Below are positions 10,149-20,032 of a stretch of 64,000 nucleotides of DNA, one piece after another (position 1 is the first letter of the stretch; each line of letters starts with the position of its first letter). Source of the stretch: Coriobacteriia bacterium (GTDB lineage Bacteria > Actinomycetota > Coriobacteriia > Anaerosomatales > SLCP01); contig JAUVXE010000008.1 of assembly GCA_030603745.1 (NCBI GenBank), forward strand, positions 5,675 through 69,674, given 5' to 3'. The notes beneath the pieces were generated by a model, which ran no database searches, was not told the DNA's origin, and worked only from the letters and a program-made list of their open reading frames with translations. A program made the translations under genes and the position numbers.

Positions 10149-11971
10149 ACAGGGACGGGAACGGACGCGAGGTGACCTCCCCGGCTGGGGACCCCGCGAC
10201 CCGGGGGTTTCTCATCGAGAGCTCCCCGGGGCGCTGCCTCGCGTGCTGGGCGTGCGTCCGCGCGTGCCCGGCACGCGCGATCCGGGTCGTCGACCACCGC
10301 GCGGAGATCGTCGAGGACCGCTGCATCGAGTGCGGCGCGTGTGTCGGCGTGTGCGGGAGGGACGGCCACGTCGTGCGGGACGACCTTCCGCACGTGCGCG
10401 ACCTCCTGGCGAGCGGCCGGCCGGTGGTGGCGCTGCTCGCGACCGAGTTCGTGGCGGCGATGCACCCGGCCACGCCCGCCGAGGTCGAGCGCGCGCTCGA
10501 GCGAGCGGGCTTCTACGCGGTCGAGACCACCCTCCTCGGCGAGGAGCTCGTCGCGCTCTCCTACGAGCACGCGCACGCGCGCGCCACGGCGCCGGTGGTG
10601 TTGCGCTCGACCTGTCCGGTCGCCGTGTCGTGGGTGCGGCGGTTCCGGCCGTCGCTGGTTGGCGCGCTCGCGCCCATCATCCCGCCCTACATCGCTCAGG
10701 CGCGGCTCGTGCGGGCCCTCTATCCCGCGGACGTCGCCATCGTCTACGTCTCGCCGTGCTACGCGCGCAAGGACGAGATCGCCGATCCGCAACTCGCGGG
10801 GGCCGTCGACGTCGCGATCGACTTCGAGGAGCTCAAAGCACTCATCGGCTCGGCCGCCACGCCGATGGCGGCCGTCCCGCCGCCGTGCTCTGGGTCGCGA
10901 CGCCCGGCGCCCGTGAAGGAGCTCTCGCTCACCGACGGCTACCCGCGCCGCACCCTTGTCGAACACGACATGACCTCGCAAGACGTCGTGGCGGTCCGCG
11001 GCGTCAAGGCCATCGACGACCTGCTCGGCGCGGTCGAGCGGGGGGAGGTCGGCCCACTCGTGGTCGATATGCTCTACTGCGACGGGTGTGTCGACGGTCC
11101 CGCGACCGGCTCGGAGCTGTCGGTCTTCGCGAAACGGACGGTGCTCGCCAACGCCGGCCGCGCCACGCCCCGGACCACGGTGGACACGCGCAAGCTGCTC
11201 GCGCATCTCCCGGCGGTGGAGACCGTCCGCTCGTTCACGGCGTCCCCCGCACTCATGCGGGTGTTCGACGACGCCCAGATCGATGCGTGCCTCGCCGAGG
11301 GGGAGTTCGAGAGCCGCGACGTGCTGCTCGACTGCGGGGCATGCGGCTACGAGACGTGCGTCGAGCACGCGGTCGCGGTCCTCGACCACGATTCGACGTG
11401 GGACATGTGCTTCCCGCTCCAGCGCAAGCGTCTCGAGCGGACGAACGAGGCCCTCGAGCGCTCGGCCACGCTCGACTCGCTCACGGGCCTGTGGAACCGG
11501 CGCGTGTTCTCGGAACGGCTCGAGGCCGAGGTGGCGCGAAACGCCCGCTACGGCACGGACGTCACGCTGCTCATGATCGACCTCGATGCGTTCAAGGAGG
11601 TCAACGACGGCTACGGGCACACCGTCGGGGACGCGGTCCTCGGCGAGGTCGCCCGCATCATGCGCGACACGGTCCGCGAGACCGACGTACCGGCGCGCTA
11701 CGGCGGCGACGAGTTCGCACTCATCCTGCCCGGTATCGGCAAGACCGCCGGCTACGCGGTCGCCGAGAAGCTGCGCGCCCTCATCGCCGCCGCGGCGGTG
11801 CCCACGGACGGCGCGCGTGGCGGTGACACGGTCTCGACGACCGTCTCGGTCGGGCTCGCCTCGGCGGGGGGGAGCACGACCAGCGCCTCGTCACTGGTCG
11901 AGGCGGCCGACCGGGCCCTCTACCGGGCCAAGGCGCACGGGCGTGACCAGGTCAGGATCGCACCGGACTGA
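10136..11971 (+). CDS. Sensory [FeFe]-hydrogenase-like (group C-like) Fe-S protein fused to GGDEF diguanylate cyclase
   Basis: 2x[4Fe-4S] ferredoxin motifs, H-cluster-like motifs STCP / SPCYARKDE / DMLYCDGCVDGP, FeS domain DCGACGYETC...C, DSLTGLWNRR, FKEVNDGYGH, RYGGDEF. Confidence 0.88.
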   Translation: MEALNRDGNGREVTSPAGDPATRGFLIESSPGRCLACWACVRACPARAIRVVDHRAEIVEDRCIECGACVGVCGRDGHVVRDDLPHVRDLLASGRPVVALLATEFVAAMHPATPAEVERALERAGFYAVETTLLGEELVALSYEHAHARATAPVVLRSTCPVAVSWVRRFRPSLVGALAPIIPPYIAQARLVRALYPADVAIVYVSPCYARKDEIADPQLAGAVDVAIDFEELKALIGSAATPMAAVPPPCSGSRRPAPVKELSLTDGYPRRTLVEHDMTSQDVVAVRGVKAIDDLLGAVERGEVGPLVVDMLYCDGCVDGPATGSELSVFAKRTVLANAGRATPRTTVDTRKLLAHLPAVETVRSFTASPALMRVFDDAQIDACLAEGEFESRDVLLDCGACGYETCVEHAVAVLDHDSTWDMCFPLQRKRLERTNEALERSATLDSLTGLWNRRVFSERLEAEVARNARYGTDVTLLMIDLDAFKEVNDGYGHTVGDAVLGEVARIMRDTVRETDVPARYGGDEFALILPGIGKTAGYAVAEKLRALIAAAAVPTDGARGGDTVSTTVSVGLASAGGSTTSASSLVEAADRALYRAKAHGRDQVRIAPD

Positions 11972-11983
11972 TCGGAGGCGACG

Positions 11984-13006
11984 ATGCGCACCGCAGCGCT
12001 CTGGCAGGCCGAGGAGGGCCGCGTCCGGTGCGCGCTCTGCCCGTGGCGCTGCCTCATCGCCGAGGGACACGCAGGGGTCTGCGGCGTGCGGGTCAACGTC
12101 TCCGGCCGGCTCGTCGCCACCACGTACGGCACGGTCTCCTCGGTCGCGGTGGACCCGATCGAGAAGAAGCCCGTCTTCCACTACCGTCCCGGCTCGGCGG
12201 TGCTCTCGCTCGGGAGCGTCGGGTGCACGATGCGCTGCGGCCACTGCCAGAACTGGCGGATCAGCCGCGCGCGGCCGGACGACGGGTCGGTCCCTTCGCG
12301 GCAGCTCGAACCCTCCGACGTCGTCGCCCTCGCCCGCGAGCACGGGTGCCCGGGGGTGGCCTTCACCTACAACGAGCCGGTCATCTGGGCCGAGTTCGTG
12401 CGCGACGTCTCCGAGCTCTGCCGCGCCGAGGGGCTCTTCACCGTGATGGTCACGAACGGCTACATCACGCCCGAGGGACTGGACTTCCTCGGCGAGTGGA
12501 TCGACGTCTGGCGCGTCGATGTCAAAGGGGCGACCGACGAGGTCTACCGGGAGCTCTGCCACGTGCCCTCGCCCGGGCCCGTGTTCGCCGCAGCGGAGCG
12601 CGCGAAGGAGCGGTGGGGGATGCACGTCGAGGTCGTGACCAACGTGGTGCCCACGGTCAACGACGACCCGGACCAGATCCGCGCGATCGCGCGCTGGATC
12701 GTCGGCGTCCTCGGGCCGGACACGCCGTGGCATCTTACCCGCTTCATCCCCTACCTCGACTTCTCGCACCTCGAGCCCACGCCGGTCGAGACGCTGCGCG
12801 AGGCCGCCGGCATCGGGCGGGAGGAGGGGGTGCGCTTCGTCTACCTCGGCAACGTCTCGGAACCGGGCGCCGAGGACACCGTCTGCCCCCGCTGCGGGGC
12901 GACGGCGATCGCGCGGAAGGGGTACACCATAGTGAAGCACACGACGCGCGACGGAGCGTGCGCGCGGTGCGGGACGGGGCTCGGGATCGTCGGAGAGGGG
13001 GCGTGA
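11984..13006 (+). CDS. amrS: AmmeMemoRadiSam system radical SAM enzyme
   Basis: CALCPWRC...GVCGVR, DPIEKKPVFHYRPG, CTMRCGHCQNW, FTYNEP. Confidence 0.92.
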   Translation: MRTAALWQAEEGRVRCALCPWRCLIAEGHAGVCGVRVNVSGRLVATTYGTVSSVAVDPIEKKPVFHYRPGSAVLSLGSVGCTMRCGHCQNWRISRARPDDGSVPSRQLEPSDVVALAREHGCPGVAFTYNEPVIWAEFVRDVSELCRAEGLFTVMVTNGYITPEGLDFLGEWIDVWRVDVKGATDEVYRELCHVPSPGPVFAAAERAKERWGMHVEVVTNVVPTVNDDPDQIRAIARWIVGVLGPDTPWHLTRFIPYLDFSHLEPTPVETLREAAGIGREEGVRFVYLGNVSEPGAEDTVCPRCGATAIARKGYTIVKHTTRDGACARCGTGLGIVGEGA

Positions 13007-13761
13007 TGGCCCAGCGGCATGCGCACGACCATCGGGGACCGGGGCACGAGCACGACCTGCCCGCACGCCCCCGGGTACTCGTGTTCTTCGACTACGCCTG
13101 CCCCTTCTGCTACGTCGACCAGCACCGGTTCGAGGCGCTGCAACGCGAGATCGACTTCGAGATCGTGCTCGTGCCGTTCGAGCTGCGGCCCGAGCTCGAC
13201 GAGCCGGTCGACCTCGCCGAGGCCGGCACGGGGCCCTCCGACCGGGTCGACGAGTACCTCGAGCGTCTCGCCGAGAAGGAGGGCTTCGCCTTCCGGCAGC
13301 CCGCGCTGCTGCCCAACACCCACCGCGCGATCGTCCTCGGCGAGGTCGCCCGGGACCGGGGGTCGGCCATCCACCTCGCCGTGCACCACGCGATCTTCTC
13401 GGCGTACTTCGGCGAGGGGCTCGACATCGACGACGTGGACGTGCTGGTCGCGATCGCCGCCGAGGAGGGCATCGAGCGAGAGGAGCTCGAGGCGGCGTGG
13501 CGGGAGGGGACCTACGACGAGCGCATCCACGAGTTCCGCCACCTCGCGCTCCACCTCGGCCTCGACGCGACACCCGCGGCGATCATCTGCAACGAGCTGC
13601 TGATCGGCTCGCGTCCGTCCGGCGTGTTGCGGGAGGCCCTGCAGCGGTGCGGGTCGCGTCTGCAGGCCGCGCGCGAGGCGGGATCCGGCGACACGGCGGA
13701 CGATACGGCCGCGGCCGCGTCGCCCGCCGCAAAGGGCGCTCGCGCGCCCGGGGACGCGTGA
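13006..13761 (+). CDS. DsbA/FrnE-family thiol oxidoreductase
   Basis: FFDYACPFCY, PFELRP, cis-Pro motif ATP; ATG overlaps the amrS stop. Confidence 0.85.
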   Translation: MAQRHAHDHRGPGHEHDLPARPRVLVFFDYACPFCYVDQHRFEALQREIDFEIVLVPFELRPELDEPVDLAEAGTGPSDRVDEYLERLAEKEGFAFRQPALLPNTHRAIVLGEVARDRGSAIHLAVHHAIFSAYFGEGLDIDDVDVLVAIAAEEGIEREELEAAWREGTYDERIHEFRHLALHLGLDATPAAIICNELLIGSRPSGVLREALQRCGSRLQAAREAGSGDTADDTAAAASPAAKGARAPGDA

Positions 13762-13839
13762 GCGGTGCCAAAGCGGTAGAATCGGGGTGCGCGCGGCACC
13801 GTCGCGCAGCTCCGGCGAACCGATCGAAGGCGGCACCAC

Positions 13840-15090
13840 GTGACACCCTGCGTGATCATCCCCACGTTCTGGACGCGTCGTCGCGGACGCGTGCCCGATA
13901 ACCTGCTCGCGGTCTACGATCACCCCACCCCGATCGACTCAGACGGCACGCTCCCGGCCTGCCTGAGGTCGCTCGAGGAGGTCGAGGGCCTTGGCCGCGT
14001 GATCGTCACGGTCGCGACGACCGATCCGGCGATCGAGCACGCCGCCGAGGACCGGGTCCGGCAGATCCTCGCCGACTTCCCCGGTGTCGACGCGCTCGTC
14101 TTCGGGCCCGCCGAGCTCGGCTCGCTCCACCGCCGCCTCGAGCAGATCGAGTTCGCCGACATGATCCCCGGCGTGAGCCTCGTGGGATACGGCGCCGCCC
14201 GCAACGTCGGCCTGATCGCCGCGGCCATCCTCGGCTGCGACACGGTGCTCTTCATCGACGACGACCAGATCATCGACGACCCCGGTTTCATCAGAAAGGC
14301 GATGGAGGGCATCGGCGAGCCGTACAAGGGCGGCAACCGGCGCATCCTCGCCAAGACCGGCTACTACACCGACGAGGCCGGCAACTACCAGCGCCACGAG
14401 GAGCCCCACTTCGCCGACATGTTCTGGCGCCGGGACGACGCGTTCAACGAGGCGCTCTCCATGGTGGACCGCCCGCCGAGGATCACGCCCTCCTCGATCG
14501 CGTTCGGCGGATGCCTCGCGCTGCACCGCGACATGTTCTGCAACGTCTCGTTCGACCCGTGGGTCGTGCGCGGCGAGGACGTCGACTACGTCATCAACGC
14601 GCGCATGCACGGCGGTGACGTCTTCCTCGACGGCGAGTGGTCGCTCATCCACAAGCCGCCGAGGCTCTCCAGCGAGGCGCTGCAGTTCCGGCAGGACGTC
14701 TACCGCTTCATCTACGAGCATCGCAAGCTCGAGTTCGCGAAGTCGCAGGTCGACCTGCGCCAGGTGACGCCTGAGTCGATGGCGCCCTATCCGGGCCCGT
14801 TCATCTCCTCGAGCGTGACGTGGCGGGCGGTCCTCACCGCGCTGCTGCGCGGCGTCTCGCGCAAGGAGGGCGGCCGCTACTTGCGTGTCGCGCGGGTCGC
14901 CCTCAAGGACGCCTCGGACTACGCCCGTGAGAACTGCCAGGGATACTTCGACTTCCAGCGCCGCTGGCCGCTGCTGATGGACCGCATCTGGAACGATGTC
15001 GCGCTCAAGTCCCTCTTCACGGGCGAGCGCCGCATGGACCGGAGCGCCATCACGGGCCGCTTCCCGATGGTCCGCGGCGAAGACCGGTGA
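13840..15090 (+). CDS. GT-A (family 2-like) glycosyltransferase
   Basis: VIIPT, YGAARNVGL, LFIDDD (DxD), RGEDVDY. Confidence 0.7.
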   Translation: MTPCVIIPTFWTRRRGRVPDNLLAVYDHPTPIDSDGTLPACLRSLEEVEGLGRVIVTVATTDPAIEHAAEDRVRQILADFPGVDALVFGPAELGSLHRRLEQIEFADMIPGVSLVGYGAARNVGLIAAAILGCDTVLFIDDDQIIDDPGFIRKAMEGIGEPYKGGNRRILAKTGYYTDEAGNYQRHEEPHFADMFWRRDDAFNEALSMVDRPPRITPSSIAFGGCLALHRDMFCNVSFDPWVVRGEDVDYVINARMHGGDVFLDGEWSLIHKPPRLSSEALQFRQDVYRFIYEHRKLEFAKSQVDLRQVTPESMAPYPGPFISSSVTWRAVLTALLRGVSRKEGGRYLRVARVALKDASDYARENCQGYFDFQRRWPLLMDRIWNDVALKSLFTGERRMDRSAITGRFPMVRGEDR

Positions 15091-15878
15091 CCGGGGCGTT
15101 CGTCGCCGCCGGGGTGGGCCTCGTCGCCGGGGCGCTCTCCGGCGCGTTCGGCGTGGGCGGCGGCGTGGTGACCACGCCCGCCATCCGCTTGCTCCTCGGC
15201 TATCCCGAGCTGATCGCGGTGGGCACGCCGCTGCCGGTCATCCTGCCCACGGCGCTCGCCGGCGCGCTCACCCATCTGCGCAAGGGGAGCGCCGACCTGC
15301 GCCTCGGGCTCGTGCTCGGTCTGTGGGGGATGCCCGCCTCGGTCGTGGGTGCGCTCATGAGCCGCGTGCTCGGCGGCACGGTGGTGCTGCTCCTGACCGC
15401 CGTCGTGGTCGTGGTGGCCGCCGTCGACATGCTCCGTCCCGCCCCCGCCCCCGCCCCCGCCCCGCGTCGGCCGGCGTCGCCGGGCCACGCCGCACACGCC
15501 CCCGCCCCCGCCCCGCTGCCGCGGGTCGCGGCGATCGGCGCGACGACCGGCGTCTACTCCGGCCTTCTCGGCCTCGGGGGCGGCTTCGTTCTCGTCCCGA
15601 TGCTCCGCCGGTTCGCCGGCCAGTCCGTGAAGGCCGCGATCGGCACGAGCCTCGTGGCCGTGGCGATGTTCGCGATCCCCGGCTCGATCACCCACTGGGC
15701 GATCGGCAATGTCGACGTATCGCTCGCGCTCGCGCTCTGCGTGGGCGTGATCCCGGGCGCGGTGCTCGGCGCCCGGCTGACCGTGGCCGCCTCCGAGACT
15801 CACGTCCGCACCGCTTTCGCGCTCTTCCTCGGCGCGGTCGGGGTCGTCCTCGGCGTGAACGAGCTGGGGCTGCTGTGA
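15087..15878 (+). CDS. TauE/SafE-family (TSUP) exporter
   Basis: Duplicated SGAFGVGGG / SGLLGLGGG motifs, AIGTSL, about 8 TMs. Confidence 0.9.
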   Translation: MTGAFVAAGVGLVAGALSGAFGVGGGVVTTPAIRLLLGYPELIAVGTPLPVILPTALAGALTHLRKGSADLRLGLVLGLWGMPASVVGALMSRVLGGTVVLLLTAVVVVVAAVDMLRPAPAPAPAPRRPASPGHAAHAPAPAPLPRVAAIGATTGVYSGLLGLGGGFVLVPMLRRFAGQSVKAAIGTSLVAVAMFAIPGSITHWAIGNVDVSLALALCVGVIPGAVLGARLTVAASETHVRTAFALFLGAVGVVLGVNELGLL

Positions 15879-16717
15879 GCTCCGGGACCCTGCACCCGGC
15901 GAACGAGGCCGAGGCGGCGCGGGTGTGGCCCGCCGTGGCGGCCGCGCACCTGTTCGACTCCCGCGCCCGGTTCGAGCGGTTCCACGCCGAGGCGCCCTGG
16001 CGCGTGCACGTCACCGACCAGGGGGAGGCCGTCGTCTTCGAGCGGTGGCGCGCCCACCTCGAGGTGCTGGCGCTCAAAGGCCTCTGGGCCGCTCCCGGCC
16101 GCGTGCCCGCCGTGGTGCGCGCCGCCGCGCGCGTCGCGGCCGGTCAGGGGTTCTCGACCCTGCTGAGCCCCCTCGTGGCCGAGGAGGCCGCCTCGGCCTA
16201 CCGGGCCGCGGGCATGGCGGACCACGCGGCAGTGGTCGTGCTGCGCTACGACCGTCACGCGTCGCCGCCGCTCGACGCCTCACCCCCGGCCGGGACCGTG
16301 CTTCGCCGCGCGCTCCCGGCAGACCTCGCCTCCGTCGCCCGCATCGACGCGGCCTGCTTCGACGCGTTCTGGCGCTACGACCCCGACCGCCTCGCCGGCT
16401 ACCTCGTGGAGGACCGGCTCATGGTCGCCGAGGAGGACGGGCAGGTCATCGGCTATACTCTGTCCACGCTCGTGCGAGAGAGCGCGACGATCGGCCGTCT
16501 CGCCGTCGATCCCGCCGCGCGGAGGCGGGGCATCGGCAAGGCGTTGCTGGCCGACGCGCTCTCATACCTGGCCCGGACCGGGGCGGGCAGCGTGAGCCTG
16601 TGCACCCAGGAGGAGAATCGTGCGTCCCGGGAGCTCTACCGGTCGGTGGGGCTCCGCGAGCTGCAGGGGCGCCTGCTCTTCCTGACCTGTCCTACCGGGG
16701 CCGGCGCGAGAGAGTGA
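15875..16717 (+). CDS. GNAT N-acetyltransferase (C-terminal RimI-like domain)
   Basis: RLAVDPAARRRGIGKALL, N..SRELYRSVG; GTGA overlap with the upstream gene. Confidence 0.85.
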   Translation: MSSGTLHPANEAEAARVWPAVAAAHLFDSRARFERFHAEAPWRVHVTDQGEAVVFERWRAHLEVLALKGLWAAPGRVPAVVRAAARVAAGQGFSTLLSPLVAEEAASAYRAAGMADHAAVVVLRYDRHASPPLDASPPAGTVLRRALPADLASVARIDAACFDAFWRYDPDRLAGYLVEDRLMVAEEDGQVIGYTLSTLVRESATIGRLAVDPAARRRGIGKALLADALSYLARTGAGSVSLCTQEENRASRELYRSVGLRELQGRLLFLTCPTGAGARE

Positions 16718-16724
16718 GGCCAGC

Positions 16725-18044
16725 GTGACGCCGAGGCGGACGATACTCTTCGACTCCCTGCTGCTCTTCGCCGTCACCGTGCTCGCGATCGTGGCCGGCT
16801 GGGTCCTCATCGTCGCCGACACTCCGGCGTGGGTGCTCTCCGCCTCGCTCGCGGGCCTCACGCTCATCGCGATGGGCAGCGTGGTCGCGCGCTGGGTCAG
16901 CCGTCCGGACCACCTCAAGGCGATGCAGTCCGACAGCATCCTCGATATCGCCAACCGCAGCCTGTCTCACCTTCGCAAGGGGCTCGACGCCGAGACCGCC
17001 GGCGAGGTGTGCCGCCTCGCCCTGATGCGGACCGAGGCCGCGGCCGTCGCGATCACCGACACCGAGCAGATCCTCGGCTTCGCGGGCCTCGGCGAGGACC
17101 ACCACGCCGTTGGCGGGCCGATCCTCACGCGTGGTACGCGCGAGGCGATCGAGCTGAACGAGCATCGCATCCTCGAGAGCCGCGCCGACATCGGGTGCCC
17201 GGAGCGCAGCTGTCTGTTGCGCGCGGCGATCGTCGTCCCGCTCGAGATGCGGGGCAGGCCCGTCGGCACGCTCAAGTTCTACTACACGACCCGACGCCTG
17301 CTCAACGAGACGCAGGTCGCGATGGCCGAGGGGCTCGCGCGCCTGCTCTCCACGCAACTCGAGCTCTCCGAGCTCGACCGCCAGACCGAGCTCGCCTGCC
17401 GCATGGAGCTCAAGGCGCTGCAGGCGCAGATCCACCCCCACTTCCTCTTCAACACCATCAACACGATCGCGATGCTCATCCGCACCGACCCCGACCGGGC
17501 TCGCGGGCTCCTCCGGGACTTCGCGCGCTTCTACCGGCGGACCCTCGAGGCGAGCGAGGAGCTCGTCCCGCTCCAGCAGGAGATCGAGTTCGTGCGTACC
17601 TACCTCACCTTCGAGGAGGCGCGCTTCGGCGATCGGCTCGAGGTCGCCGAGGACATCGACCCGTCGGTGCTCGCGGTCTACGTGCCCTCCTTCGCGGTCC
17701 AGCCCATCGTCGAGAACGCGGTGCAGCACGGCATGAAGGCCGAGGGCGTCCTGCACATCGGCATCACGGCGCGCCGGACCGCCGACCGGGTGACGGTCGA
17801 GGTCACCGACGACGGGATCGGCATGTCGCCCGACGACGTGGACCGGGTCTTCGAGCCGGGATTCGGCAAGGGGCTAGGAATCGCGCTGAAAAACGTGGAC
17901 GATAGACTGAAGGGCCACTACGGTCCCGACTCCGGCCTCACCGTCACGAGCGAGGAAGGGTCCGGGACCCGGGTCTGCATCGCGATCGAGCCCGTGTACG
18001 CCGAGGGAGGTGTCGATGACGCTCAAGGCTCTGGTGGTCGATGA
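16725..18044 (+). CDS. LytS/BtsS-family sensor histidine kinase (GAF)
   Basis: ALQAQIHPHFLFNTINTI, QPIVENAVQHG, GLGIALKNV. Confidence 0.93.
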   Translation: MTPRRTILFDSLLLFAVTVLAIVAGWVLIVADTPAWVLSASLAGLTLIAMGSVVARWVSRPDHLKAMQSDSILDIANRSLSHLRKGLDAETAGEVCRLALMRTEAAAVAITDTEQILGFAGLGEDHHAVGGPILTRGTREAIELNEHRILESRADIGCPERSCLLRAAIVVPLEMRGRPVGTLKFYYTTRRLLNETQVAMAEGLARLLSTQLELSELDRQTELACRMELKALQAQIHPHFLFNTINTIAMLIRTDPDRARGLLRDFARFYRRTLEASEELVPLQQEIEFVRTYLTFEEARFGDRLEVAEDIDPSVLAVYVPSFAVQPIVENAVQHGMKAEGVLHIGITARRTADRVTVEVTDDGIGMSPDDVDRVFEPGFGKGLGIALKNVDDRLKGHYGPDSGLTVTSEEGSGTRVCIAIEPVYAEGGVDDAQGSGGR

Positions 18045-18726
18045 CGAGGCTCCGGCGCGCTCCGAGCTCCGCTACCTGCTCGACGAGGCGGGCGGCGTCG
18101 AGGTCGTGGGGGAGGCGTCGAACGCCTCCGAGGCCTTCCAGCTCATCAAGGCGATCCCCTACGACGTGGTCTTCCTCGACATCGACATGCCCGGACTCTC
18201 CGGCGTGCAGCTCGCCGAGACCCTGACCGAGCTCGAGCGTCAGCCTTCGATCGTGTTCGTGACCGCACACAGCGAGCACGCGGTGAAGGCGTTCGAGGTC
18301 GCCGCCTCGGACTACCTCGTCAAACCGGTCGAGCTCGACCGGCTGCGCACGGCCATCGCCCGCCTCGCCCCGGCCCAGCACGAGGGTGCGCGGGTGGAGC
18401 GGGTCCCGGTCGAGAAGGCCGGCAAGAAGCTGTTGCTGCAGGTCGAGGACATCTTCTACATCATGGCCAAGGACGACTACTCCTACCTCCACACGGACTC
18501 GGAGCGCTACCTTTCGACGATCTCCCTGGCGCAACTGGAGCGAAAGCTCGACCCGAGCGGCTTCTTCCGGGTCCACCGGCGCTTCCTCGTCAACCTCGCC
18601 CGCGTGCGCGAGGTCGTGCCGATGTACGGCGGTACGCTGCTGCTGACCCTCGACGACACCGAGGGCACCCAGGTGCCGGTCTCGCGCCGCCGCGTGCCGG
18701 CGCTCAAGAAGGCGATCGGCCTCTGA
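18016..18726 (+). CDS. LytTR-family response regulator
   Basis: VDDE, FLDIDMP, FFRVHRRFLVNL, VPVSRR. Confidence 0.95.
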   Translation: MTLKALVVDDEAPARSELRYLLDEAGGVEVVGEASNASEAFQLIKAIPYDVVFLDIDMPGLSGVQLAETLTELERQPSIVFVTAHSEHAVKAFEVAASDYLVKPVELDRLRTAIARLAPAQHEGARVERVPVEKAGKKLLLQVEDIFYIMAKDDYSYLHTDSERYLSTISLAQLERKLDPSGFFRVHRRFLVNLARVREVVPMYGGTLLLTLDDTEGTQVPVSRRRVPALKKAIGL

Positions 18727-19190
18727 TGCGTCTCGAGGCGCCCGCGCTCCTCGGCGTGATCTCGGACACCCACGGCGAGCTGCACGAGGCCGTGAGCGAC
18801 GTCTTCGCCGGGGTCGACCTCGTCATCCATGCGGGAGATATCGGCACCGAGTCGATCCTCGCCGAGCTCGAGCTGCTGGCGCCGGTCGTGGCCGTGCGCG
18901 GCAACACCGACGAGGCCCGCTGGGCCGAGACCCTTCCGTCGAGCGCCCGCGTCCGCGTGGGCGCCACGGTGGTCGAGGTCGCACACGACCCCTGCGCACC
19001 CGCTCCGCCCGACGCCGATGTGGTGGTCCGGGGGCACACCCACCGCCCGCGCCTCGAGGCGCTTCCCGGCGTCCTGCACGTCAACCCGGGCTCGGCGAGC
19101 CGTCCGCGGACACAGCGCCGGGTGCCCACCGTCGCGCTGCTGGCCCTCGGCGAGGGACCGCCTCGCGCGCGGATCGTGGAGCTCGTCTGA
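18726..19190 (+). CDS. YfcE-like metallophosphoesterase
   Basis: SDTHG, HAGD, VRGNTD, GHTH, NPGS. Confidence 0.92.
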   Translation: MRLEAPALLGVISDTHGELHEAVSDVFAGVDLVIHAGDIGTESILAELELLAPVVAVRGNTDEARWAETLPSSARVRVGATVVEVAHDPCAPAPPDADVVVRGHTHRPRLEALPGVLHVNPGSASRPRTQRRVPTVALLALGEGPPRARIVELV

Positions 19191-19258
19191 GAGGGAGGGC
19201 CGTCCCCGTCCGTCCGCCGCGGGTACGCGGGTTCCGGTGAGAGAGCCGCTTCGTGCCG

Positions 19259-19287
19259 CGAGCGGCGCATCCCGGGCGGTGAACGGT
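19259..19287. promoter_or_regulatory. Putative LytTR-binding direct repeat
   Basis: CGAGCGGC-N13-TGAACGGT (minus strand ACCGTTCA-N13-GCCGCTCG), 21-bp periodicity. Confidence 0.5.
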
Positions 19288-19462
19288 GGAGTCGCACGGG
19301 CCCCGCGCCGTCCGCCGCCGTCCGCCGCCGCGAGCCCCCCTTCCGCCGACTGATGGCTCCCGCATGCCGCAGATGCATCGCTTCCCCGTCCCACCAGGCA
19401 TATCGTCACGGTGGGACGTGTGTACCGGGGACCGTGAGGTTCCCATCAGGGAGGTGAAACGC

Positions 19463-19957
19463 ATGAAGGTCTGCATCAGAGGCGCAGCAGAGGACGTCAA
19501 GCTCAGCGACATCCAGGACGTGTGCGTCGACATCAACCGCATCCTCGTGCCGACGGACGGCTCCGAGCCGTCGGTCGCGGCGACCGAGTACGCGGTCATC
19601 CTCGGCAAGACGTTCGACGCGACGGTCAAGGCCATCTACGTCGACACCGGATACGAGGCGCTCGAGTATCCCGAGGAAGCGATGGACGAGGAGCTCTTCG
19701 AGGGGGTCCACCCCTCGATCAAGGGACTCGTCATCGCCAAGACGATGTGCGAGCGCAACGGCGTCGCGTGTGACGTCGAGATCGTGAAGGGCGGCGTGGC
19801 CAAGCGGATCGTCGCGACGGCGATCGAGTGGGAGGCCGACCTGATCGTGTGCGGCGACACCGGCAGGACCGGACTGAAGCGCATCGCGCTCGGGTCGGTC
19901 GCCGAGACGGTCGTCAAGGGGTCCCCGATCCCGGTCCTGGTCGTCAAGAACGACTGA
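19463..19957 (+). CDS. Universal stress protein
   Basis: RILVPTDGS, ADLIVCG, LGSVAETVV...PVLVV; strong SD GGGAGGTG. Confidence 0.92.
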   Translation: MKVCIRGAAEDVKLSDIQDVCVDINRILVPTDGSEPSVAATEYAVILGKTFDATVKAIYVDTGYEALEYPEEAMDEELFEGVHPSIKGLVIAKTMCERNGVACDVEIVKGGVAKRIVATAIEWEADLIVCGDTGRTGLKRIALGSVAETVVKGSPIPVLVVKND

Positions 19958-20032
19958 TCCGCGGCCGCCTGAGGAGGCTGCCCGTCCGAAGTGCCGCCTT
20001 TGGGGCGGTGGAGAGTGAAGGAGGTGGAGGAG

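Noticed and set aside
11570-11720. Hypr-type (cGAMP-making) GGDEF
   Set aside because: The guanine-binding Asp in GHTVGD is retained, not Ser/Thr
15438-15515. GCCCCC tandem repeats in the TauE gene
   Set aside because: In-frame Pro-Ala linker of 6-nt units, not a frameshifting tract or CRISPR repeat
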